The position numbers were made by a program, and so were the translations under genes. Of a DNA stretch of 64,000 nt, positions 44,402 through 52,267 are shown piece by piece. The notes beneath the pieces are model-generated. The model searched no databases. It had not been told where the DNA came from and worked only from the letters and a program-made list of their open reading frames with translations. Source of the DNA: Planctomycetota bacterium (lineage in GTDB: Bacteria > Planctomycetota > SZUA-567 > H5-PLA8); the NCBI GenBank assembly GCA_035628505.1, contig DASPJR010000215.1, forward strand, positions 1,808-65,807, in the 5' to 3' direction. Position 1 is the stretch's first letter, and each line of letters begins with the position of its first letter.

Positions 44402-46168
44402 TTACAACCGCGGCGCGGGAGGCTGGACCGGCGCTTTGAACTGCAGCACCCCTTTCGCTTTCGTCTTGCGGCGGTAGACCTTGTCGTGGCACATCGCGTA
44501 GAGGTACTCCATATTCGGCCCGCCGAAGCAGATGTTGGCCAGCCACTTGTTCTGCGGCTTGTTGATGATTCCCACCACGCGGCCGGCCTGGTCGAACATC
44601 TGAATGCCCGCGTGGCTGGTGACGTAGAGATTGCCATTCGTGTCCACGGTCATTCCGTCGGCGCCGCAGGTGGATTTGCCTTCAGGAACGAAGGGCGAGA
44701 AGTACGGCTGCTTATGGCCGAGCGTCCCATCGGCTTCGACGCGGTAGGCCCAGACGTGCGCGCCATTCATCTCGGCGACCATGAGCTGGCCCTGGTCGGG
44801 TGTGAGGATGATTCCGTTCGGGAAGTTGAGGCCTTTATCAACTTCCTTGCGTTCCTTCTCCGCGTTGACGAACCAGACTGTCTTCTTGTTGGGGTCGGTG
44901 AAATAGATTTCGCCCTTCGCATTCACGATCAGATCATTGCTCTCAACGTCGCTGGTGATCACCGTCTCGTTGCCATTTGAAACGTCGTAGGCAACGATCT
45001 GCTTTTTGCCGCCGGCACAGGCGTAGAGCTTGCCGTCAGGCCCGAACTTCAGACCGTTCGCATTTCCTGTGTTCTCCTTAAAGAGAGTGATCTTGCCTTC
45101 AGCATCGATCTTGAAGATCTTGCTGTTGGGCAGATCGGTGAAGTACACGTTGCCCTGCTCGTCGGTCGCGCTACCTTCGGTGAAGTTGTAGCCTTCGCCC
45201 AGCAAATGCCAGTCTTCGCCGGGGATCAGCACTTTCATCAGCGGCAGATGCGCGCGCGACCACCAGACTTTGTCGTCGACAGGTTTCGGCGCGGGCGTGG
45301 CGACTGGCTGCGGGTAATCGCGCCAGAGCCAGCGGATGGCGTCCGGGAAAATCGCGCCGCCCTGCTTGCCGTCATGGCCGCCGGTGCCTTCCACGAATTT
45401 GTAATCGTAGCCGGCATACTTCAGCGCCGCGGCCATATCAAGATTCGACACCCACCAGCTTCCGGCGTAAATGTCCAGGTCGTTGCTGCCGTCCTGCAGG
45501 AAGACGCGGATGGGCTTGGGTTCGTTCTTGCGGATCAGGCTCGGCAGATCGTGCGCGCGGCGCAGATTCGTGAAGCTGCCGATCGTGCTGAGCACGCGGC
45601 GGAAGGCGTCCGGACGGTGCCAGGCTGCGCTGAAGGCGCAGATGCCGCCGGAACTCGCGCCGCAGATCGCGCGGTCGTTTGGATTACTGCTCAGGTTGTA
45701 GGTCTTGCCGACTTCCGGAAGAATCTCCTCGAGCAGGAAACGCGCGTACTGGTCTGTCGGATTGTCGTACTCGTAGCTGCGGTTGAATCGTGGGAGCTGC
45801 TTCTCTCCGGCAGCGGCAAGCACACCGGGATTGATGAAAATGCCGATAGTAACCGGCATTTCCTTTTTATGGATAAGATTGTCGAACACAACCGGCACGC
45901 GCCAGTTGCCTTTGACGTCCTGGTAACCGCCGCCGTCCTGGAAAATCATGACGCAAGCCGGTTTCTCCTTCTGGGCCGGCACATAGACCCAGTAATCGCG
46001 CGTGGTGCCGGAAAAAATCTTGCTCGTCCAGCTGTGCTTGGTGACAACGCCTTTCGGAACGCCCTCCTGATAACTGGAATCGGGCCCATGCTTGTACTCT
46101 TCGCCCGCGCAGAGCAGTCCCGAGGCGAGAGCCACTATAAAGAGGGATGAGTAGAGCTGTTTGTTCAT
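44402..46168 (-). CDS. secreted esterase (alpha/beta, Esterase_D-like) fused to SMP-30/gluconolactonase/LRE-like beta-propeller
   Basis: Signal peptide. GxSxG (ICGASSGGICAF). C-terminal half has SGL-like repeats (GNVYFTD, GKLYAC, GEIYFTD, GNLYVT). Confidence 0.75.
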   Translation of the reverse strand: MNKQLYSSLFIVALASGLLCAGEEYKHGPDSSYQEGVPKGVVTKHSWTSKIFSGTTRDYWVYVPAQKEKPACVMIFQDGGGYQDVKGNWRVPVVFDNLIHKKEMPVTIGIFINPGVLAAAGEKQLPRFNRSYEYDNPTDQYARFLLEEILPEVGKTYNLSSNPNDRAICGASSGGICAFSAAWHRPDAFRRVLSTIGSFTNLRRAHDLPSLIRKNEPKPIRVFLQDGSNDLDIYAGSWWVSNLDMAAALKYAGYDYKFVEGTGGHDGKQGGAIFPDAIRWLWRDYPQPVATPAPKPVDDKVWWSRAHLPLMKVLIPGEDWHLLGEGYNFTEGSATDEQGNVYFTDLPNSKIFKIDAEGKITLFKENTGNANGLKFGPDGKLYACAGGKKQIVAYDVSNGNETVITSDVESNDLIVNAKGEIYFTDPNKKTVWFVNAEKERKEVDKGLNFPNGIILTPDQGQLMVAEMNGAHVWAYRVEADGTLGHKQPYFSPFVPEGKSTCGADGMTVDTNGNLYVTSHAGIQMFDQAGRVVGIINKPQNKWLANICFGGPNMEYLYAMCHDKVYRRKTKAKGVLQFKAPVQPPAPRL

Positions 46169-46348
46169 GCACGATTCCTTAAATGGGCGCTGATTGACTC
46201 CAACGATTACACTGAAACGACGGTGATGTTTAAGGAAAAGTACGTGTGCACATCAACATGCGGTGCGCGATACAATCTGGGAGTTCCGCAGGCACACAGA
46301 TGAATATATTGTTATGGAGCGCACATCTAATCCAGGGAAGGATGTGGT

Positions 46349-47143
46349 ATGATGGCTTTCATGAAAATGCTGCATGTGCCGGCTTTAATCGTTCTCACCG
46401 CTTCTGCACTCCTTGTGTGCGCCTTGCTGTTGCGGGGACGGACGGCGGATGCCGGCGACACATCTGGAGCAACACCTATGGGCAAGCCTAAGATCGATTC
46501 AACGCTGCCGCCAAAGCTTGAGACCGCCACGTTCGCGCTAGGGTGATTCTGGACCCCGGACTCCCAGTTTGGGAGCCTTCCTGGAATCTACCGCACACGC
46601 GTGGGCTACGCTGGCGGTAAGAAGCTAAATCCGACCTACCACGACCTCGGCGACCACACCGAGGCGTTCCAGATCGACTACGATCCGGCGGTGATCAGCT
46701 ACGAAAAACTGCTGAGCCTGTTCTGGAACAACCGTGCGTCGTGCCGCGCCGCGTGGAGCCGCCAGTACATGTCGGCGATCTTTTATCACAATGACGAGCA
46801 GAAGAAGCTCGCGCTGGAAACGAAGAAAGCGGTCGCTGCAACGGGCAAGGAAGTGCACGCCGAGATCCTTCCCGTCGGCACCTTCACGCTGGCCGAGGAC
46901 TATCATCAGAAATACATGCTGCGCAACGACCGCGTACTGATGCGCGAATTCAAAGCGATGTACCCGAACGACGCCGATTTCGTGAACTCCACCGCCGCCG
47001 CGCGCGTCAACGGCTATCTCGGCGGCGGGCGGCGCAAGATCACTGAAGCCGAACTGCGCAGTCTCGGGCTCTCTCCTGACGGCGAAAAATACCTGCGCAA
47101 GCAGGTTGAAGTCGTCGAGCCCGCCGCGGCCGTGGCGGAGTAA
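46349..47143 (+). CDS. msrA: peptide-methionine (S)-S-oxide reductase MsrA, selenocysteine form (in-frame TGA at 46544), N-terminal membrane anchor
   Basis: RBS gggaagga. MMAFMKMLHVPALIVLTASALLVCALLL...ETATFALG-TGA-FWTPDSQFGSLPGIYRTRVGYAGGKKLNPTYHDLGDHTEAFQIDYDP... TGA sits where MsrA has the catalytic Cys of GCFWG. The ORF track splits this gene into 46349..46546 and 46601..47143 in the same frame. Confidence 0.75.
46553..46582 (+). promoter_or_regulatory. SECIS-like hairpin downstream of the UGA in msrA copy 1
   Basis: ccggaCTCCCAgttTGGGAGcc begins 14 nt after the TGA. 6-bp stem, GUU loop. Confidence 0.55.
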
Positions 47144-47148
47144 CGTTC

Positions 47149-47892
47149 ATGCGGGGGCGGGTGCGGCTGACAGTGAGCGCTGCCGCCTGCGTGTGTGCCG
47201 GGCTGCTGCTCTATGCGCTCACGTCACATTCGCGCGCGAGCCGTCCGGTGCCGCCCATCGATAAAATTGCAGCAATTACGACCGAGACAGCAACATTTGC
47301 AGCGGGGTGATTCTGGGCCGCGGACTCCCAGTTTGGGAGTATCCCGGGAGTGCTGCGCACGCGCGCGGGATATGCGGGCGGTACGCTGGCGAATCCCACG
47401 TACGAGCGTTCCGGCGATCACGCGGAAGCCATTCAGATCGACTTCGACCCGGCGCAGGTTTCGTACGCTCGCCTGCTTGAAACGTTCTTCTCCAGCCGCC
47501 ACGTCTGCCGCAGCCAGACCTGGCAGCGCATCCGCTCGGTTGTGTTCGTTCACAGCGATTCACAGAAGAAGATCGCAAACGAAGCACTCGCGGCACGGCG
47601 CGCAGAAAACAAGGAAGTCCACGCCGAGATTCGCGAAGCAGGGACATTCCATATTGCCGAAGACAAGAACCAGAAGTACATGCTGCGCGCCGAGCCGGAA
47701 CTCTGGCGCGAGTTCACGGCAATGTATCCAGACGAGCGCGACATTGTGAATTCAACGGCCGCTGCGCGCATCAACGGGCTCATCGGCTTAAGCCGCCGAG
47801 CCGTGAGCGAGGAGGAGATGCGCAGTTTCGGGCTTTCCCCACAGGCTGCCGCTTTCCTGCGGCGGCAGCTTGACTTCGTTCCGGCCAAATAA
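47149..47892 (+). CDS. msrA: MsrA paralog, selenocysteine form (in-frame TGA at 47308), N-terminal membrane anchor
   Basis: ATG 47149 is 5 nt after the copy-1 stop. MRGRVRLTVSAAACVCAGLLLYAL...ETATFAAG-TGA-FWAADSQFGSIPGVLRTRAGYAGGTLANPTYERSGDHAEAIQIDFDP... Same frame as ORF 47350..47892. Confidence 0.75.
47317..47346 (+). promoter_or_regulatory. SECIS-like hairpin downstream of the UGA in msrA copy 2
   Basis: cgcggaCTCCCAgttTGGGAGtat. The stem-loop is identical to copy 1. Confidence 0.55.
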
Positions 47893-47902
47893 CGGACACT
47901 GG

Positions 47903-49012
47903 TCATGCTGCGCGCGGCGGCTCGTAGACGTCCGCGGGGAGCGGATGATCGACGGTTCCGAGCAGCTTGTACTTCTTTTCGGCCGGCAGTTTTTCGTTAA
48001 ACGCCGAAAACGCCTGGCGAGGCGTGCCGTCCGGGAAAACCGTCGGCTCGGGCTCGTCTCCAGCTACTTCTTCTTCTTCTCCTTTATCGCTGTGTGAATA
48101 GGGTTCAATTTTGCTCTGCATATCCTTCACGCGCAGCTTGTCATGGATGATCACGAGCTCGGCGTCGCTATGCAGGCGCTTGCCTTCGAGGAATTTTTCA
48201 CGCAATGTTTCATCAAGCTGCTCGAGCGCCTCAAGCGTTTGCTGCTCGTGCGTCATCTCGATCGCCTCTTCAGTCACCTCACCACCGTTGAGCCTGGCGA
48301 CGCGCCGCACTTCGTCCTTTGTCGGTCCGCCTCGCGCGTTGCGCCAGTCGCGTTCATACGCCCAGGCGCTCTCGAAGCACTCCGTGAACTTTTCAGCCGG
48401 CGTCGCTTCGACTTCGCCTTTGGGGCGCTGAGAAATCAGCAGATTGAACAGATCGCATGTGCCGAGGTCCGAGCGTTTAACGCTGATGCAGTCTGGGGGC
48501 ATGTCCATAAGCCCGATCTGCGGGTTGGAACTGTTCGTGTAGCTGATGCGGTGCAACTTGTCGCCCTCACGCACGCGCGAGACCAGGTCGATCCACACGC
48601 CCACGGGTTTAACTTCATAAATGACGCCATAGACGGCCTGTGCTGCGTGAGTGAATGCAGACATCTTCACCATGGGCATGGGATCAATTTCGAAGTCTGA
48701 GATCTTGTTGAAGCCGAGGCTGGTAAGTTCGCGCGCGAATTTTTCCACGGCCGCTTTATCTTCCCACTGCGTTTGGTCAATCTGGCTGAGCTTGATGCGG
48801 CGCGGCGTCATTGATGCGGACATTGAGCCGAGGCTGTCGGCGAGCTTTTTGAAGAACATCTTCAGCATTACCAGGCCGAGGACGATAGCCGCGATGAAGA
48901 GCACGAAAGCGATGCCCAGTGCCTGCAGAAACGCTGCGACTCCGTGCATGACCAGGATGTAACCGAGCACGCCAGAGCCGATCAAAAAGATGAAGAAGAT
49001 GAAGCGCAGCAT
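47903..49012 (-). CDS. hypothetical membrane protein (2 N-terminal TM helices + cytoplasmic domain)
   Basis: 369-aa ORF. Hydrophobic N-terminus (FIFFIFLIGSGVLGYILV, AFVLFIAAIVLGLVML). No recognised domain. Confidence 0.6.
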   Translation of the reverse strand: MLRFIFFIFLIGSGVLGYILVMHGVAAFLQALGIAFVLFIAAIVLGLVMLKMFFKKLADSLGSMSASMTPRRIKLSQIDQTQWEDKAAVEKFARELTSLGFNKISDFEIDPMPMVKMSAFTHAAQAVYGVIYEVKPVGVWIDLVSRVREGDKLHRISYTNSSNPQIGLMDMPPDCISVKRSDLGTCDLFNLLISQRPKGEVEATPAEKFTECFESAWAYERDWRNARGGPTKDEVRRVARLNGGEVTEEAIEMTHEQQTLEALEQLDETLREKFLEGKRLHSDAELVIIHDKLRVKDMQSKIEPYSHSDKGEEEEVAGDEPEPTVFPDGTPRQAFSAFNEKLPAEKKYKLLGTVDHPLPADVYEPPRAA

Positions 49013-49183
49013 ACGAACTCTCCATCAAAAATGCGGGGGGCTTTTCAGTGGAGTTTAGCTCAGATTAAGTTTTGTAAAGACCTTAGTCCGCTCGTTCCCG
49101 AACGTAAATGCTGGCGAACTGGACCGAGTTTTTTCCACGCCCATACAAGAAAGTCCATTGATCAGTCCGCAGCTTATGGAAAG

Positions 49184-50326
49184 ATGCCCTATCGCTCGCT
49201 GATAACACATTTCATCCGGAGAGTTCGAGTGACGGTTGCAAACGTAGGCTCCATCCTGTTTGGTCTGGCACTTCTTGTGGTGGGCGCGCAGTTTCTGGTG
49301 CGTAATGCGTCGAAGCTGGCGCTGACCCTCGGTATTTCACCGCTGGTCGTGGGGCTGACCATCGTGGCTTTCGGCACCAGCGCGCCCGAGCTGGCGGTCA
49401 GCATTCAATCCTGCCTTTCAAACAATACCAATATCGTCCTCGGCAACGTGGTGGGCAGCAACATCTACAACGTACTGTTTATCCTTGGCCTCTGCGCGGC
49501 AATCTCGCCGCTGACCGTGGCTCCGCAGCTGATCCGCATGGATGTGCCGCTGATGATCTGCGCCTCGGCGCTGCTTTACGGACTGGCATTCGACGGCAGG
49601 CTCAGCCGGCTCGACGCAGCCGTGCTCGCCTGTGCTATCGTCGCGTACACGATTTTTGTAATCGTGCAGAGCAAGAAGGAAGAGAAAGGCGTGGAAGCCG
49701 AGTATGAAAAAGATCTGAAGGAGTCGCTCGAGCAGCCTGAAACGCGTAAGTGGCTGCTCGTCCTGCTGATCGTTGTCGGGCTTGTTCTGCTCTCGTATGG
49801 TTCGGACCTGCTGGTCGGCGGAGCAGTCGGGATCGCGAAAGCCCTGGGTTTAAGCGACCTGATCATCGGCATGACGATCGTCACGATCGGGACGACCGCG
49901 CCGGAAATTTCCGCGTGTCTGGTGGCGAGCTTTCGCGGCGAGGGAGACATTGCCGTCGGCAACATTGTGGGCAGCAACCTGTTCAATATCCTCGGCGTAC
50001 TCGGCGTTGGGGGGCTTGTGGCGAAAGACGGCATTGCAGTCGATCCGGGTATGCTCGGCTTCGCCATTCCTGTGATGGTCGCCGTCGCATTCTCATGCCT
50101 TCCGATCTTCTTTGCCGGACATCGCATCGCCCGCTGGGAAGGACTGCTGTTTCTGGCGTACTTTGCCTTCTATATGCTGCATCTGATTCTTGAGGCAATG
50201 AATGATACGCGTCTGCAGGCGCTCCGTTCCCTAGTGCTCTGGTATGTTGTGCCGCTGACGGTGATCACGTTGATTGTTTCCGTGTGGCGGCAAGTTAAAT
50301 CCGGCCGGACGGCTGCTTCCGCTTAA
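49184..50326 (+). CDS. Ca2+/Na+ (K+-dependent) antiporter, CaCA / YrbG family
   Basis: Two Na_Ca_ex alpha-repeat regions (GTSAPELAVSIQS and GTTAPEISACLVAS). About 10 TM segments. Start ATG 49184 or GTG 49229. ORF-track start 48944 overlaps the previous gene. Confidence 0.85.
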   Translation: MPYRSLITHFIRRVRVTVANVGSILFGLALLVVGAQFLVRNASKLALTLGISPLVVGLTIVAFGTSAPELAVSIQSCLSNNTNIVLGNVVGSNIYNVLFILGLCAAISPLTVAPQLIRMDVPLMICASALLYGLAFDGRLSRLDAAVLACAIVAYTIFVIVQSKKEEKGVEAEYEKDLKESLEQPETRKWLLVLLIVVGLVLLSYGSDLLVGGAVGIAKALGLSDLIIGMTIVTIGTTAPEISACLVASFRGEGDIAVGNIVGSNLFNILGVLGVGGLVAKDGIAVDPGMLGFAIPVMVAVAFSCLPIFFAGHRIARWEGLLFLAYFAFYMLHLILEAMNDTRLQALRSLVLWYVVPLTVITLIVSVWRQVKSGRTAASA

Positions 50327-50747
50327 GTTCCGCAAGCAGGTTCCGCACGCAGCGCTCGACGGCGTCCAATGCTTCGTCAGCCTGTGCGCAGTCCAGATCG
50401 TGGCAGTGCCAGTACTCGATGCGCTGTTCCCAAGCAGGAAAGCGCTCGCGGGCCATCGGACGGTGTTCGGCCTCTTTCACAGCGATGATGCGTTTTGCGC
50501 GCTCAAAATCGGCGACAGTGACTTCCAGCGGGTCGCGGTGATTGGCAATCACGAGATTGCGTTCCTTGAGCGCGCGAAGCGTATACACTGAAATGGGGCC
50601 GACGTTGCGGCTGGCCGGATCAGGCGCCAGTCCGCGGGACTCGGCCTGCCAGGCAAGGCCGTCAATTGGTGCCAGGTGATTAAAAAGGTGTTCGGCGAAT
50701 CGGCTGCGAAAGTAGTTGCCCGTACACAGAAACAGCACTGTTTTCAT
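50295..50747 (-). CDS. low-molecular-weight protein-tyrosine-phosphatase / ArsC-like (LMWPc) family protein
   Basis: N-terminal P-loop VLFLCTGNYFRS (C-X5-R). About 150 aa. Overlaps the antiporter 3' end by 32 nt (convergent). Confidence 0.75.
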   Translation of the reverse strand: MKTVLFLCTGNYFRSRFAEHLFNHLAPIDGLAWQAESRGLAPDPASRNVGPISVYTLRALKERNLVIANHRDPLEVTVADFERAKRIIAVKEAEHRPMARERFPAWEQRIEYWHCHDLDCAQADEALDAVERCVRNLLAELKRKQPSGRI

Positions 50748-50945
50748 GAAAACTCCTGCCCTTTAAGAGTATTTAATCATAATGCAAGAGTTTGCTTTGC
50801 AAGTACTTGCAAGCTTCAGCGGCAGCGCTGGTGCCCATGTGCAAGTTAACTGTTGCGTCCGTCTGCAGCGGCGGCATAGTTAAAAGCGGTTGTTTTCCAA
50901 CAAGCACAAAGAATTGCCACCCCTTTCTTAAGGAGGACAGTCAAG

Positions 50946-51896
50946 ATGGCTATGTCTGAACTGGAAGCGACAGCAAGTCTTCGCATCATGATCCTGGTTG
51001 CGAAAGCAGACGGCACCCTGCACGAGGACGAACGGGCCTCGCTGAGCTTTGCTTTGCAGGGCATCCCGCTGCCCAAAGGCGCGTCGTTGCAGAATTTGCT
51101 CGACGAAGAGAGTAATCTCGATGCGCAGCTGAAGCTAATCACCTCTTCCGAAGGACAGGAAACCTGCTACACATCCGCCTACGCGATTGCCAACGCCGAC
51201 GGAGACTGCACGCCTGAAGAGAAGAAAATTCTCGAGCATATCAAGACGACCTACAAGCTTTCCGAAGAGAAGACCACGCTGGTCGGAAGACTTTTCGCCG
51301 AGGCCAAAGACACGGTCCTGCCTTCGAATATCAAGGCCATCAACGATCCGAAGAAGCGCGCCGAGGAGATCAAAGAAGATACGCTCAAGTACGCGGTCAT
51401 GTGCAGCGTACTCGGCGCGTTCCCGATTCCTGGTCTTGCGATCCTGACCGATCTGGCGGCGGTGGGTCTGCAGGTGAAACTCGTGCGCGATATCGGGCAA
51501 TACTTCGGGCATCAGATCGATAAGCCCGCTGCCAAGTCACTGCTGCTGGGGGTTGGAATCGGCACGGGAGCTCGGATCGCGGTTACGAATCTGTGCAAGT
51601 TCGTGCCTATGTTTGGCAGTGCCGTCGGCGCGGCTGCATCTTTTGCTGCTACCTATGCAGTGGGCAAGATGGCCGTGGCCTATTTCGAGAACGGCTGCAA
51701 GGCTGACATGGAGACGCTCAAGAAAGCGTTCAGGGATGCAGAGAAGGAAGGCAAGGAGCAGTACGCGAAGAACAAAGATGTCATCGCGACCAAGCAGAAA
51801 GAGCAGCAGAAAAAGATTGAGCAGCTCGCGAGCGATCGCAAGGCGGGTAAAATCACCGAAGCCGAGTACGAAAAGAAGATCGCCGAGCTGGTCTGA
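50946..51896 (+). CDS. TerB-like N-terminal domain fused to DUF697-like membrane-associated domain
   Basis: N-terminus ASLRIMILVAKADGTLHEDE...IANADGDCTPEEKKILEHI (TerB-type paired helices). Middle is a G/A-rich amphipathic region (VLGAFPIPGLAILTDLAAVGLQVKLVRDIGQYFG...GSAVGAAASFAATYAVG). C-terminal K/E-rich coil. Assignment is tentative. Confidence 0.5.
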   Translation: MAMSELEATASLRIMILVAKADGTLHEDERASLSFALQGIPLPKGASLQNLLDEESNLDAQLKLITSSEGQETCYTSAYAIANADGDCTPEEKKILEHIKTTYKLSEEKTTLVGRLFAEAKDTVLPSNIKAINDPKKRAEEIKEDTLKYAVMCSVLGAFPIPGLAILTDLAAVGLQVKLVRDIGQYFGHQIDKPAAKSLLLGVGIGTGARIAVTNLCKFVPMFGSAVGAAASFAATYAVGKMAVAYFENGCKADMETLKKAFRDAEKEGKEQYAKNKDVIATKQKEQQKKIEQLASDRKAGKITEAEYEKKIAELV

Positions 51897-52267
51897 TAAA
51901 CGCCCGTTATACAAAAGAAAACGGCCTTCTCCTCTGGACGACAGGGGAGAAGGCTTTTTTATGCCCGAGGTGCACAAGATGCCCGAACCCTTTATCTCTG
52001 CAGAAGCAACCAGTAACAAGAGAGCACGCTGGGCGTCAAATATATAAGCTGCTTGCACAAGAAGGTAAACGGTTGCACGGAAAACAGCACCAACCCTATA
52101 AAGAAGAGCGTGCGTGGGACGTGCGCTATTTATGTTTTTTCGCGTTGTCAGGATCGCGAGCTTGCGACATAATGGCAGGGATAACCTTTTCAGGGTTTTC
52201 CTTTTTTGAGGAAAAGTGGCTCATATGATCGGCCTCAAACCGGTCATCTGAGTTGGAGGACATCTGT

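Noticed and set aside
43910-46150. 356-aa and 314-aa plus-strand ORFs
   Set aside because: They are antisense to the histidine kinase and esterase-SGL genes.
46544-46546. Treating the two TGA-interrupted msrA genes as pseudogenes
   Set aside because: Both paralogs have the TGA at the identical catalytic position and share an identical downstream hairpin, while diverging elsewhere. That pattern is expected for selenocysteine codons and not for decay.
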